This document shows, one piece after another, positions 26,448 through 42,695 of a stretch of DNA of 64,000 nt. This DNA comes from Octopus vulgaris. Taxonomy: Eukaryota. Under the pieces are notes generated by a model. It saw nothing but the letters and a program-made list of their open reading frames with translations, did not search any database and had not been told where the DNA came from. The DNA lies in the NCBI GenBank assembly GCA_951406725.2, contig OX597821.1, positions 3,658,001 through 3,722,000 of the forward strand, in the 5' to 3' direction. Each line of letters opens with the position of its first letter. Positions within the stretch are counted from its first letter, which is position 1. The position numbers and the translations under genes are program-made.

Positions 26448-28294
26448 TATATATGCATGTATGTATGTATGTATGTATGTATGTGTGTTATTCTTATACA
26501 ATATGCTGTTGAAAGTGACTTCGAAGTTTCAGTAAGCTGAGTCACCGTCAGACCCATCAGACTAGTGTAAAATTCTTTTCATTATAACTGAACATATAAA
26601 TAAACATTAATACACACACACACACGCACACACGCACACACACACACACAAAAATAACACACAGACACACACACACACATATATATGCAGTGGTTGTGTG
26701 TATGCGAGTATGTGGTGAGGAAAATGTGACTATACCATATATACGTAGGTAATGTATGCTGCTACTATATAATACACAATATTTTAACGTATGGCCTGAT
26801 GATGCATAAAGATTTTAAAACAATTTTTTAAGTGTATTTTTACTAGTTGGAATCATAATATCAGCCTACTCATGTGCAACACCTATGCCTCTCATTGATT
26901 TCTGTAGAATTGGAACTCTTTTTGTAGAAACTAATCTCAAGTTGAGAAACGCATCAAAACGGCCATCCGATATATTCTGGGCATGAGATAGCTTCGAAAT
27001 TAAGTAAGATGCATGTTATTTTTCTTTACAGAAGAAAAACTGTTATATTTTAACATAGCTTTTGCTCCTTATTTTCCGTTTTTATTCTTTTGTTATTACA
27101 TAAACTTCTGTAACTTAGAATATATGAACATCGATTAGTTGTAGAAAGAGAGAATTATGAATGATTGATGCACAGACGATATTTTTGAAATTTGATATAC
27201 ATGTAACTTTACACAAACATTATCAAATTTACTGTCATAAAAACGTATTTAGGTACAACACCCTATGAAATGCTTGATGGTTATTTAATAATTTGTACCA
27301 GACAAATTGAAGCTCATGATTTCATGCATTTTATCTATATCGACATATTCCTAGATAGGATATCGAGCCATTATGAACAGTGCTGTCGAGCTTGACATTT
27401 AGGGAACTGAATCTCACTTGGCCAAGATAATTCACACTTTATAAAGATTCTCTCGTTTTCGTTGTATTGTACACGTAGATAATAAAATACACGTTGACAA
27501 ACGTTATATGATGGTCTTCTCCAGTAAAAGCAATTGTTTTTTGGAGTAGGGATTCTATTATGTAATAAGCGAGGGGATAACTCAGATGAACTGAGCTCAG
27601 TTTTGTATTTAAGAGCGTATTACATTCTCAACAGTGTTGTAAAAGAGCTAAAAAGCAACAAACAAGACTTCAGGGAAATAAAGACAATGTTTCTTGCCAA
27701 TAAAGTCCGTGTTGCTTGCAACGGCAAGATTTCATATTATTCGACATTTCATCGAAACATATTTTACTCAGGTGTCAAACATTTTTAGGTTTTGTTACTC
27801 AAATAACAATGACAGTTGTGCCGACAAGTCATTTTTCGTTCAAAATTTGCTGGCCTGCATTAGAAACAATTATAGTGAAATTCAGAAAGTCACTATTGTA
27901 AAATTGGCCATTAACAGTTGTTAAGAATTCAAGCTCAAGGCCAGCAGTGTTGAATGAAGCGAGTTAGTCCCGTTAATCGAACCTCGTACATTATATTGAA
28001 CCTAAAAGCAAAAATACATTATGTGATTGCAGCGGCCTGATTAGTGTGTCAATATAAACAATAGAGCATCATTTTATAATACAGAAGAATGTATTATCGA
28101 TTACCAAAGAAGAACTCGGAAACGTATTTTAAATAACTGGAACTTGTACTTTACTTGCAAGTACACGAGGCGTGCAGAAGCACGCACACAAAGACACAGG
28201 GACACTTACACAAACCTCCACACATATGTAGTCGCAATTGTGATTGAATGTATGTTTGCATATACATACATACATACACACACATACACACACG

Positions 28295-28352
<58 letters not shown>

Positions 28353-30664
28353 CACTTAGACATATACGCACAAATATTAATCTGCCTTTATGTGCGTATG
28401 TTTATGTATGCAGATATTTATCTATAAACGCCAATAAACAACTTATATGGGTACTATATACCGATATGTTTACATATATATATGCCATATACATACATGC
28501 GCATGTCTATATATATTTAAATGTGTACATGAAGTGTACTTTCACTTTCACAAACGCAGTTTTGTGTATCCTTTCAAAGTCGTGTGCGAATATATTATTT
28601 TTGAATTATTCATTAAATATGACATTTGTAACTCTAATAACACAAACTTTACACAAATGGTTGCAAAGGCAATTTAAATCATCACTTACTATATTAAATC
28701 TTCTAAAGTTATATATTTAAATCTTCTCAAGTCATATATTTCCAGAGTATTTTTTAATTTGTTTCGCATTTATTGTTTTTTTTTTCCTTTCTGTCTATCT
28801 GCTATAAAGGAGCAGAGAATATTACATACGTTATCTGCGAATTTCTATATATACTAACAGTTGAATTACAATCTCTTCCTTCTTTATCACTCCCATTTAT
28901 TCTCCCTCTTCATCTCTATATTAAACGATTTTGTTTGCATATGAACATACAAGCATTATATACATACATACATACATATATATATATACAAATATATATT
29001 ATAAATATATATATGTAAACATATATATGGGTATGAATAAAGTTTAAATATTTATACATAGTGTGTTCATATATATGCATATTTATACAAGCAAACATAT
29101 ATATCTCTATGTACAAACATATGTATGTGTAGCTTGCTTGGGTGTGTATGTCTCAATGTGTTCTATATTTTCTGATATTTTAAGAGTAGGAGTGACAAAG
29201 AAAAATCTATTTAATTCATTTGCTTTTTCTTTTCTTTTTCAATATTTTCATTTCCATTACACAATTATTGAAATTCTTGGAGAATCAAATGTTTTGCTTG
29301 AAAGGAATCGCTTTGATATCATAAATCAAAATATTTAATCAAAGTTTTATATTGAGATTGACGGTTTAATAATATCAACTTTATGGGTGTGTATACTTAC
29401 AAGTTTATTAATTTATCCCTTTTATCAAAAATTTATGTTATAATGTTTTCCTTTAATTTTCATCTGTTATACATTTTTCAAATATTTAACACAAATGAAG
29501 AAATAACAACATTCAAATATTTGGTGAAATACCTGTGCCAGAACAGAATTCTTGCAATGTTACACAAAGCATGGAAAAAATATGGTGTTAATTATTCGAA
29601 AAACAGAATTCTTATCAGTTTGGCATGTCTATTGCAGTATGGAGATTGTTTTAAATAAATATATGGATGCAAAATAGCAAGCATTTAATTCATAATATGC
29701 ATGGAAGTTACACTAGAATGAAACCAAACATTGAATTGTTTCTTCATTTAGTTCACATACTATATTAAAGAAGGATTATGAATTATTTATACTCTAAATA
29801 TATTCCACGTCGAATATGCACATACATATAATTGCATATATATGTATGTGTGTATTGTTTATGTATGTATATAAATATAGGTACACAGCTATATATATGC
29901 ATGAGAGTGTACGTGTATGTGTATGTACGAATGTATGTATACATATACATGGTATCCAGATTAAATTTAATGATTTTGCGTGTCTTTTTCTCTCCTTCTT
30001 TTTCGGGAATAGCTTAAAATGTCATTGGCTTTGGAGAGCAGAAAAGATACCTGACATGGCGGACTGGACCAGAGATACAGGTATGATGCTGATTCTCGCT
30101 GGATATGAAAATGCAGATACCATGACTGCTGCTCAATATTCTGTGAACACTGTAAAGGATGGTAGCTGCAAGGGAGACGACAAAGTTGTGGCCAGGAGGA
30201 AGGGTAACAGCAAGCTATCTGACAGTTTCCGCATGCAATCCGCAGCAACCCTACGTTTGGAACACTTGTTAGGTTAAATTCCGACGCCTACGAAAAAACT
30301 GCTGGAGATTTTGGTCAAAAATCTAACCGGAGAGGGTTGCTGCTGGAAGTCCACATATGTGTAAGCTGCATTCGACATCTTACCATTTCTCCAGAACGAG
30401 TTAGAAATGCTCGTCGATGAATTACTACGGATTCATCAGCCCCGATTTCTCCCCGGATTCTAATGTCAGAATGTTAGTATGCGTGGAGTGTTGTTGCGAA
30501 ACGCAGAGACCACTATGCCTGCAACACCCATGCCGAGATACTGGCCTAGTTGGAGAAGAATTTCTAGGATCCCCCAGACACGCAGTGAAAAGCACATGCG
30601 CCAATTTCAGGTGCAGTCTTATGGCCGCGCAGCAAACTTATGCAGATAATCTGAGTAAAGTGTA

Positions 30665-30842
30665 ATCACCCACAAAGAATGTAGTTGATAGTTTTGTATT
30701 ATTGAGTTCAAATTCTGCTGAGATCAAGTCTGTCTTTCATTCACTTGGGATCGATAAATTAAGTACCAGTTTCGTACTGTGGTCTAATCGACTGGCCCGC
30801 CTTTCCCAAAATGTCGTGCCTTGTGCCCAGAGTAGAAAAGGA
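30665..30842 (+). mobile_element. Degenerate SINE family 2
   Basis: TGAGTTCAAATTCTGCTGAGATCAAG...CTTTCATTC...TCGATAAATTAAGTACCAG...AGTAGAAAAG. Confidence 0.65.
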
Positions 30843-31198
30843 TATTTTTGTATTATTTTAAAAGCTTTCATTTTTAGTTGGCATATCTTATATCCTTTCC
30901 TTTCAGAACAGCCTGTGCACGCACACATTCACACTCACGCACACACACGTACACCCACACACACTCTCACACACACACACGCAAACACACACACATATCT
31001 GTGTATGTATATTGTGTATTATATATATAAATATAACCACACACATGCATATATTCATATATATAAACACATAATACATTTATACATATATACACACAAA
31101 CATATATACATATACAGGGTAATTATATATATCATTTCGCGCCATTCCTTGTGAATTACCCTGTATATGTATATATGTTTGTATGTATATATATATAA

Positions 31199-31252
<54 letters not shown>

Positions 31253-31339
31253 CAAAATATATATATATATATATATCGTCCAGTGAATGAAAGACAAATT
31301 TCAATGAGAAGGACCCAGAGACCTGAAATATAAGCAATA

Positions 31340-31398
<59 letters not shown>

Positions 31399-32389
31399 TA
31401 TATAAACAAGGTATGTATTTTGTCAGTGCATGGCCAGGCTACGATGTAGTAGCAGTAAAATTCGACGGGAAGCCATTGACAAGTGAGATAACACGTATCA
31501 GACCTCCTTAAAGGAATGATCGACATTAAGGTTCCTTCATCTTTGCTTGTCAATACTGCATACCTGAAACGAGTCCAGACGCAAGCCAAATCGTCTTCTA
31601 TGACTAAATGCAAAATGGAATAAGAATCATCTGCTGGTATGTCCCAAACTTTCATAACACAGAAACAATTAATATATGAATGAGAAGATACATAAAATAC
31701 ACAAATTAAGTGCTCTATCATTTCGTGGACATGCTGTGATTGTAGGCTTAATAGAAGATATACACACAAATTCGCCTGTTAAAACATATGGTCTCTTTTG
31801 AAACATTAATATCTATTATTCCTTTAACGGGACCTGATGCGAGTTATTTCGTTTATCTATGACTTCCAGGTAAATATCGTAAATATATGTCAATATATGA
31901 GAGAATAACGTAAATATACATGAAAATATCATATGTATACATATATATGTGTGTACCAGTAAGTGTGTATGTGTGTGTCTGTTTGTGTGTGTGTGTGTGT
32001 ATAAACAGTATTATCTGAAATATATTATTCGAAACTTCATATCTTTATAATTGTTTCATCATAATCACAGACCTGTGATTACATCCACATATTATACGGA
32101 CCACAGAACTCTGCCGTGGCACTGGGGTTGACAAGGTCTCGCTTTGGACGTATCCTTCTATATGCAGTAAATTCGTGCAGATATATGAAATAACATAATG
32201 CAAAATAATGCACAAAATTTGCGCAATAAAACTAGATGTGTCAGCTTCTTTTAAAAAGCAGAGTTAATCTGTTTCTAACCAAACACACACTCTTGTATGC
32301 ACTCACACAGATAAATACATATAGTCATATGCATAAATCTGTATTTACATAGAAACACACACATGTAAAATATATGTGGACACATATCT

Positions 32390-32432
<43 letters not shown>

Positions 32433-32929
32433 CATGCACACAACACACATATATACAAATGTACATACAAACAGAAACACATACACACAATATATATATA
32501 TATATATGCATATATACTTACACTGATCCTTCAACAAAGTACTTATTTTCTTTTTCTACAGTCTGAGAAACCGAGAGAATTGCTGCAGCATTATCGAATA
32601 TGCGGGGATCAAACTATAGATAAGTAGTTAGTACGTGCACAACAAGTTCAAAGTACCATGCACTGTTCCATACTTAAGACAACAGCACTATACGTTAATG
32701 GATAAAACAAGATGCAACATAATCCTGTCTGAGAAATATAGTATTTGTAAATACATAAAAGAGACACGTCATGTAGTAACGCTGCATGGGAATCCTACCT
32801 TAAGTACATATCACTAATGCTTTTAAAGTATTTCTCATGAAATTATACACAGAATACCAAATCATTGTAACGGAATCCATAGATTGTCGTTTTTATTATT
32901 TCCCTGTTTTCTTTGCCTCTTTTCTTTTA

Positions 32930-33180
32930 TCTTTTACCATTTACTGTTTCAGTCATTACACTGCAGGCACGCTGGGGCACTGTCTTCAAGCAACTTAGTG
33001 GAAAGAATCCCCCCTTTCAAGTTATATGTTTCTAGGTTTGCCATTAATTTAATTCGTCCCTTTTGCCATGCTGCTAAACTCGGAGATGTAAACATACAAA
33101 CACTGTTGTCAATCTGTAGTGGAACACGATGAGTGACACAAAGACGCACGCATACATACATCAATAAGCCAAGACGTATT
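32930..33180 (-). mobile_element. Degenerate 3' half of SINE family 1
   Basis: GTTTCAGTCATTACACTGCAGGCACGCTGGGGCAC...GCTAAACTCGGAGATGTAAACA. Confidence 0.5.
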
Positions 33181-33212
33181 ATTATACCATTATTTATGCT
33201 CCAACTTGCGTG

Positions 33213-33263
<51 letters not shown>

Positions 33264-33713
33264 ATAAATAAGGACGAAAAGAAAAAAAAGCTTCTCTGCC
33301 AATATGCTGGTATATAGACGCTAGTCACTAGATATATTTTCACGTATAATTTTTTCCTTTTGCCCTCATTTATAGTTGTGTTTATAATTTTCACCTTAAA
33401 ATGTATCTTTCATATGCTGGACACTGATTTTAATAAAATTTTATCGTTATATTAGAAGTATATATATATATATGTATATACACACACTTATATGGAAATG
33501 ATGAGCTACTTTCAGTTACCCTCAACCAAATCCACAAAATAAATGTTTCAGGTGGTGCGTGGCTGAGCAAAAGACCAATTTCTGAAGGTGACAATCAATG
33601 GGACACAGCCACGCCTTTAAATTTTGTAGAATTTCTTGTATACATACATACATACATACATACATACATACATACATACATACATACATACATACATACA
33701 TACATACATACAT

Positions 33714-33744
<31 letters not shown>

Positions 33745-33764
33745 TGCCTACATACTTATGCGCA

Positions 33765-33915
33765 CGAGTGGGTGCTGAAAAGTAAAAGAAAGTACAGGAG
33801 GATCAGTTAATCTCGATTTTATACAGCATATGCCCCTCTTCAAATTCACACACCTATTGCAGTTGTCATACATATTTACTAGGCTCTGTAAAAAAAACTC
33901 GGAATCTTGGGTATC
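33765..33915 (-). mobile_element. Mariner 3' terminal fragment
   Basis: TIR-like CGAGTGGGTGCTGAAAAGT. Minus strand encodes QDSEFFLQSLVNMYDNCNRCVNLKRG, like the F..G...L..R..KC....G.Y mariner C-terminus. Confidence 0.55.
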
Positions 33916-34002
33916 TTACCAGACCTTTCACTACACCATTAAAGCCATGAAACTTTCAGTTCTCACAGGAACACACATACACCACCCACAGCTATAGAAA
34001 TG

Positions 34003-34107
34003 TCAAAGTCGACCTCGACGGAATTCGAACTCAGAACGTAAAGACAGACGAAATACAGCTAAGCATTTTTTCCCTGGGTGCTAACGTATCTGCCAGCTCG
34101 CCGCCTA
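34003..34107 (-). mobile_element. 5' part of SINE family 2
   Basis: AAAGTCGACCTCGACGGAATTCGAACTCAGAACGT...CTGCCAGCTCGCCGCCT. Confidence 0.75.
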
Positions 34108-36145
34108 TCCAGGCAGTATCTTGGCTGTACTTTGAACGATGCGTTCATGTTGATGGGGTTAGCTAGTATGTTATTGTGCTAGTATGCGTTTATATTCAAG
34201 TGGTTAGTAAGTTATCTAACCACTTCAACAAGAACTCATCCTTCAAAATACTGCTACAATATTCCCTGGATTTACCTGGAATTATACCCAAGTGCCCATA
34301 CCTTGGGCACTTTGGTAGAATGTATAGAGATTTGTCCGTACTTTCATGAAACTACGGACACATCTCTATACACGCTAGAAGAAAAGGTAATGTGAACTTT
34401 ATTCTCCTGTCTATATACTTCTATCTACTTTTACTTGTTATTCTTGTAGTTTATTCCTGATAAACTGTGAATTTCACTGTTTAGAATTTTCATACATACC
34501 CACCTTGTGTACATACGTGCTAGCCTATCACTTGGGATATACCAGAAACATCTGTATGTCTTCATATTCACTCTACCCTAATTTAATTACTATAAATGAC
34601 TAGAGATACTCGTCCAACCTTGGTTGTTGCTCTTCCTTTCCTCTAGTGTGTGTGTGTGAACGCACCACAGAAATAAATCCGCATACACGCGAATATATTG
34701 GCCGTAAGTACTACTACACAAAGCACGTTTTACTCCTGACGATTTTATCCCATGGTCTAGCTTTGAACATTAACCACTGAGAAACTTGTAAACTGGTTTG
34801 AAATACTGCTTATATCATAGGGGTAATATTCAATATAATGATAATTATATTCTACTTTTAGCTCCCTCGCTATATGACTGAATATCTTACACGATGGATT
34901 AGGAATTGCATACGATTACAGTCACAAACACAGTAACACATATTATACATGAATGTATGTATGAGATAATCTGTGTGCATTTGTGTGTACGCTTGTGCGT
35001 GTGTGTGCATTAGTATTTCTTTGTGTGTTTATGCGTTGTTAACGGCACGCACATTTACTTACATATATGCAAGTTGGAAAAGAAACTAGTTATTTTGACA
35101 GTAGAAAAATCGATATTTCAAAGACCAAAGTGAAGTAGACCAAGATATCTTAGAAGACGATGTGATGCATATTCTATTTAGGAAATAAACGAATAAATTA
35201 AATAAGTAACAACGAACAGACATAAAATGTTAAAAAAAAGAAAAGAAAAATAACATTGTTTAGACTAGAAACGTTACTTTGTATTCCCACGGAGCTGAAC
35301 TGTACAACATTTCTTCATGGATGCCATTGATTATAGAATGTCAAGCAGAAAATTGAGGCATTTGGTATTTGATTCAATTTATCACACTTGTATGTGGTGC
35401 AAGATACGTAAGTTTACTCTAGTCAACTTCAGTTCAGCCGTACATGCTAGTGAATATCTAATACACATTTAGCTTGCCTTTGTCTACTACCATTGTGTCT
35501 AATCTGAATAAACTTCGTAATCTAATAAAAGAATGCATTATATATTTCAAATGAAATTGTTCCGTCGGTATCAATGCTTATTAAGACGTGAATATTTTTT
35601 CCTGCTGTTTCCTACTTAAACGTATGTTGGTGTTGTTGTTGTTGATCTTTAACCCCAGGTCATCCGTGATCCAGAATAATTATGAGGAAGGACATTCAAG
35701 CAGTAACCAGTGTATTGTTTTGCATATCAGGGACACTACATCATTTAGCTTGTTCTTCCTTTTTTTTTTCTTTTAATCGAAGTCATACAATAAAACTATG
35801 TTATAATAGATTCTTGGTTCATGTTTCGCTCGGGACGAACATCGCGTAGAAATTTCATATGAATTATCAATCAATAGAAGTACCTAATTCTAATATAACA
35901 ATTCGAGAAAAATTAATAGGTATTTGTCATTTCACCTTTCACAAAAAGTAAAATCAAAATACTGATCAGTGGACTTAATACCACCATGCATTTTGTCAGA
36001 TGCTCTAATGATTTTTCTACCCCGAATAATAATAACCATTGCAAAGCGTGATAGTATTTACTTATAACTGAGGCACAACTGACTATAGAAAGTAAAATAG
36101 AAATAAAACGGGGAATTAAGTAATATTTACTGGGATGAATCTAGT

Positions 36146-36541
36146 TACTCTTTTACTATTTTACTATTTTGTTTCAGTCATTTGACTGTGGTTATGCTGG
36201 ACCACCGCCTTTAGTCGAACAAATCTACCCCAAAACTTATTCTTTGTAAGATTCATACTTATTCTATCGGTCTCTTTTCCCGAACCGCCCATTTACCAGG
36301 ACGGTAACACATCAGCATCGGTTGTCAAGCGATGTCGAGGGAACAAACACAGACACACAAACAAATACACACATACGCATATATACATACATACGACGGG
36401 CTTTTTGCAATTTCCGTTTACCAAATCCCCACCACAAGGCTATAGTACAAGACACTTGCCCAAGGTTCCACGCAGTGGGACAGAACCCGGGACCATGTGG
36501 CTGGTAAGCAAGCTATTTACCACGCAGTCATTCCTACGCCT
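36146..36541 (-). mobile_element. SINE family 1
   Basis: Reverse-complement homologue of 326-744. Confidence 0.85.
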
Positions 36542-36899
36542 AGTTAATGATAGGAATTATATTGTTTTTGCCAAGTTATCTGATGCTGTTAAATGACGCT
36601 GGTCACATGGCGCCTCCTTACTATCTAGTGGCTTTCCAATTATACCAACTCGTTTGGTAGACCGATATTCATAACTGCAGCACTCTAACCATTAGGCCAC
36701 GTGTTTTCGCTGAATTTAATATAAAATCATCAAATGTAGAAGAAACAAAAATTATATAGAAACACGGGAGAGAATCAAAACCAAAGCAAAGACTTGATAG
36801 CTCTCAGTAAAGGATCTATTCACACACTGAAAACGTTTTCAGAATTCAAGTCGAATCCGTAAAACAGTCATATCACTAACTTAAGAGAAAGTAATATAG

Positions 36900-37105
36900 G
36901 TTTCAAATTTTGGCACTGAGACCATAAATTTTAGGAGAGGGTAAGTCGATTATATGAGCCCCAGTGCTCAACTGGTACTTGTTTAATCGACTCCGAAAGA
37001 ATGAAAGGCAAAGTTGACCCCGGCGGCATTTAAAATCAGGGTAGAGGAAAGGCAGCTGAGTATTTTGTCTAACGCGACAACAATCCTGCTAGATCGCCAC
37101 CCTGA
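36900..37105 (-). mobile_element. SINE family 2
   Basis: CCAGTGCTCAACTGGTACTT...ATCGACTCCGAAAGAATGAAAGGCAAAGTTGACC. Confidence 0.7.
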
Positions 37106-38809
37106 AAGCAAACTATATTGATTTTAGAATAGAAGGGTTGAGGGTCAACAAGAAAATAACGAAACGTCTCGCATTGGGCAACAGCTTAGATTTACAGGCA
37201 AGGACCAGTTATACGAAGATAGAAGAGAAGATCTAAGAGACTGTACGAGTGTCGCGGCTTATGAGAAGCCTGTTCCTGTGCTTGTCTTGATGTGCAGAAA
37301 TCTTTCAGAAAAGGCGTTATTGTTCCTCTTTAAAAATTTGTTCCCGTGCTCGTCGTTGAATTGTATTTATATGTTTACGAAATTCTCTTTCGATTTTGCT
37401 CATTCTCTGTTTGTCTACTTGCTGCCGTATCCTTGCTTGTTGCCATGTCGTTGCTTACAGTCGTATTCCTGCCTGCTTCTCTGTGAGACATTTCCTTTGA
37501 TTGCATATATTTGGCTGTTCGGTGAATGAAATGTTTGACAGAGCGTCAATTGCCATAGAAAGGAATAAAATTAATAAAAAGGAAAGCTAAGTAAACCACC
37601 TGCATTTCATGGTCGTATTGCATGTGGCATTGAACAGTATTTGCACCTTGTTTCAGAGGAAAAAATTGTCTTTTCTTTTTTGTTTTGTTTTGTTTTAAAA
37701 TACGATATGTTATTTAGTTTCACAATACGTATAGTCAAAGATCTGATTTCGTCATTACGACGAGACTGATTGGTATGTATTTCTGCCATATCCACAAACC
37801 ATATAATATGCTTCATGTACGTAAGTAATATGATAAATGTAGAAGTGAATGTTTAAGTAGAAATCTTATCCCATTGTGAACGTAAGATTTCAGTAAAATA
37901 TTTCAACTAAAATTTATTTCATACGGCGGATATGTAAGGATAGAACCAGCTTCGGTGAAAGTATGCGTGTGAGTGTATGCCTATGTTCGCTTGTTGGTGC
38001 ATCTGTGGGTGAATAATTACAGCAATTTCAGTGGAATATGTAATGAATTACCATCGCATTTGAAATGAGTTTATTTCTATCCTTATATTTCTTTTATGAA
38101 ATTAAGTAGAAATAAATTATTTAGTACCTCATCGCATGATATTTACCTCTATGTGAAGGATCCAAAATTGTAAAATACGTCATGCTAATTTTTACGTTGA
38201 CGATAGAAATATCTGTATCATGGTCAGTCACGTATGCGTCAATTCAGGATCAGTTGATCGAAGGACAGGGCTCTTTATTGTTGTTTTTTTTCTGTATTGT
38301 TACCTTTAACCATGTTTTTTTTCTTGTGCTTGTGCGTTTCTAGACGTATGTATGAACTTTTACGGTACGCGTGTGTGTGTATGAGTTTGTATATACATGC
38401 GTATACATTTGGCGAAAAATGGGAGTGAAGATGTGTACGTTTTCATAGTGACGTATAAGTACACACGTTGGTCCGCGAGCGCACATGTGAGCGTATGAGT
38501 AGCCATGTTTACGTGTTTACTATGAACTTTTAATCTTAATTTATATAAATAGCGGAATTATAACACAGTAATTTCTCTTTATATAACGGTATTTTTTCAT
38601 AGCGTTTTTCAGATGGCCAGATAACCAAAGAGATGGTGTTGTGGATTTCCATATCGGCATCTGCCACTCAGAGTTTTATCTTGACTATTGAATAATTGTA
38701 AGATATTATTTTATAGATAAATTTCCCCTATTTACATAATATTGATGTATCTTTCTTTCTTTTGTTATCTTACCATTTTTACCAATATATATATATATAT
38801 ATATATATA

Positions 38810-40197
<1,388 letters not shown>

Positions 40198-40279
40198 ATG
40201 TATGTAGGTATGTATGTATGTGTGTGTGTATATATACATGCAGAAAAATGCGAACACACACACACACACATGCACATGT

Positions 40280-40518
40280 ACTCATTTATCTTTTACATGT
40301 TTCAGTCATTTGAATGCAGCCATGCTGAAGCAGCGCCTTTAGTCGAGCACATCGATCCCAGGTCTTATTCTTTGTAAGCCTAGTACTTATTCTATCGGTA
40401 TATTTTTACCGAACCGCTAAGTTACGGGGACGTAAACACATCAGCATCGGTTGTCAAGCGATGTTGGGGGAACAAACACAGACACACAAACACACATGCA
40501 CACACACATACACAAACG

Positions 40519-40552
<34 letters not shown>

Positions 40553-40733
40553 AATAAATTCATATATAAGATGGGCTTCTTTCATTTTCCGTAAAGCAAA
40601 TCCACTCGCGAGGTTTTGGTCGGCCCGAGGCTATAGTAGAAGACACCTGCCCAAGGTGCCACGCAGTGGGACTGGACCCGGAAACATCTGGTCAGCAAGC
40701 AAGCTACTTACCACACAGCCACACCTGCGCCTA
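40280..40733 (-). mobile_element. SINE family 1
   Basis: Reverse-complement homologue of 326-744, full length. Confidence 0.88.
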
Positions 40734-41306
40734 TACAACCACTCCTATATATATATACGCATAAGCGTGCATTACGGAAACTACAACACTCGGGTGTTCA
40801 TATAATTAATTAGTGAAGTATAAAATAAAGAATTCACCTAATTACCTTTCACTTACTTGGTAGCGTCACCTGGAGATAATAACTTCAAGCTTACACATTC
40901 CTTATATAATCATAAAGTTTTGTCCTGTTGGTATATATTTGCTTCAGCCGTCTTCTAATTTAATTGCACAACACCTCTATGTCATGTAACGAAATGAATT
41001 CCGTGATTTAAATAATTGGAGAAACAGAAAAATTCAGTGATCAAATCAGAAAAGAATTATGTAGATTAAATTAATTTTTTATTCATATTTTTGTATATAT
41101 TATTATAAATATTCATTTAGTCGATGTCAAATCTATTAGGAAAATTTCAGAGATAACCGTAGCAATATTACGTTCATGATTCAGGCTTTTGTAGCTGAAG
41201 GAATACTTAATGAAGTACACCCGCCTATACATAACTATAGTATTATATTGTCTAATACAAACATCACAAACGTAATCGCACACACACACACATACACACA
41301 CACTAC

Positions 41307-41376
<70 letters not shown>

Positions 41377-41379
<3 letters not shown>

Positions 41380-42242
41380 GGTCATTCCTTAAATAATGCG
41401 GTGTTTTCAAATGTATGAACAAAAAGTCCCGCTTCAACTTGCTATAAAATCAGGTAGTATTTTTACCTTTTCCTTATTCTTCGTGCAAGTTATGAAAAGA
41501 GCAGGCGATTTTACCAGTTATATTTTCAAAGCTATAATGTAAGTGAGCATATTCAGCATATTTTTTTTTATGAGTTCAATAAAGGCAACAACGCAACGGA
41601 AAGTGCGAACAATATTAATGTAGTATATGGAGACGGACGATAACTGTAAGCCCGTTTCAACTGTGTTTCCGAAAACTTCCAAGCATGAAAACTACAACCT
41701 AGAAGATATTTAGAGCTGGACAACGACGTGCTGCAAATCCTGGTGAATCAAAATTTCATAAGAACTGTTGAGGCACTAGCAGGGAAGCTTGAATTCGGTC
41801 ATTCAACCATTCAGCGCTAGAAGAAAAACGACCATGTTTGGTTTCAAAGCGAAACGTATTCTTTCATCAGCATAATACTCAATCATATACAACGAGGGTG
41901 ACATTCCAAAGGTCGGAGGAAATTTGAATGGTAAACGATGCCCCAGCCACCATATTCGCCATATATTGCCCCATCTGATTATCATTTATTCCTCAGTCTT
42001 CAAAATCATTTGGATGGGAAAATATGCATTCTGTAAACGAGGTCAGAAGATTAGTGAAGGAATATCATTCGTTACAGACGAGTGAAATTTAGAAGAGGGG
42101 CTTTGCAATCTAACAGAGGATTGTACTTGATTGGAAAAGGATTTTAGAACGTGAAAGAGATTCCAGATTATAAAAAAGAAGTTTGTTTATCTTAAAATAA
42201 AAGAAGTATTTAAAAAACTGCATTATTTATGGAATGACCCAA
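41377..42242 (+). mobile_element. Internally deleted mariner transposon
   Basis: TIRs TTGGGTCATTCCTTAAATAATGCGG / CTGCATTATTTATGGAATGACCCAA. Remnant peptides FYEFNKGNNATESANNINVVYGD (HTH) and QPPYSPYIAPSDYHLFLSLQNHL (YSPDLAPSDY motif). Confidence 0.88.
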
Positions 42243-42247
42243 TGTAT

Positions 42248-42495
42248 AGTGGTTGTACTCACGATCACAAGATTGTAGGTTCAGTTCCTCGAACTGATGG
42301 TGTGTTGCGTTCTTGAGCAAAACACTTCATCTCACATTGCTCTTGCGAGCATTTCGACGCCTGATGCAACGTTGATGTTACGGAGGGAGTGAGCTAATGT
42401 ATACGGTACATGCATTTGATCACTGTAAAGAATTCATTTTTGCAGGCCTTTCGGAAAACGCGAAGCGGTCACACGTTGTTACGAAAGGAGATTCC
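42248..42495 (+). mobile_element. Degenerate tRNA-derived SINE
   Basis: CACGATCACAAGATTGTAGGTTCAGTTCCT...GTTCTTGAGCAAAACACTTCATCTCACATTGCTC (B-box-like plus conserved SINE body). Confidence 0.55.
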
Positions 42496-42617
42496 CTCAT
42501 ATATATATTCATATATGTAAGTACATAGATGTGTGTATATCTAGCACCCTCACGTAACACAAAGAATAATCTGTGGACTGTACGGTTTCATATTTATTTA
42601 TCTTCATCGGCAGAGAA

Positions 42618-42691
<74 letters not shown>

Positions 42692-42695
<4 letters not shown>

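Noticed and set aside
31290-31335. AGG-ACCCAGAGA-CCT-GAAATATA, hammerhead-like
   Set aside because: Core CUGANGA and the cleavage triplet are missing.
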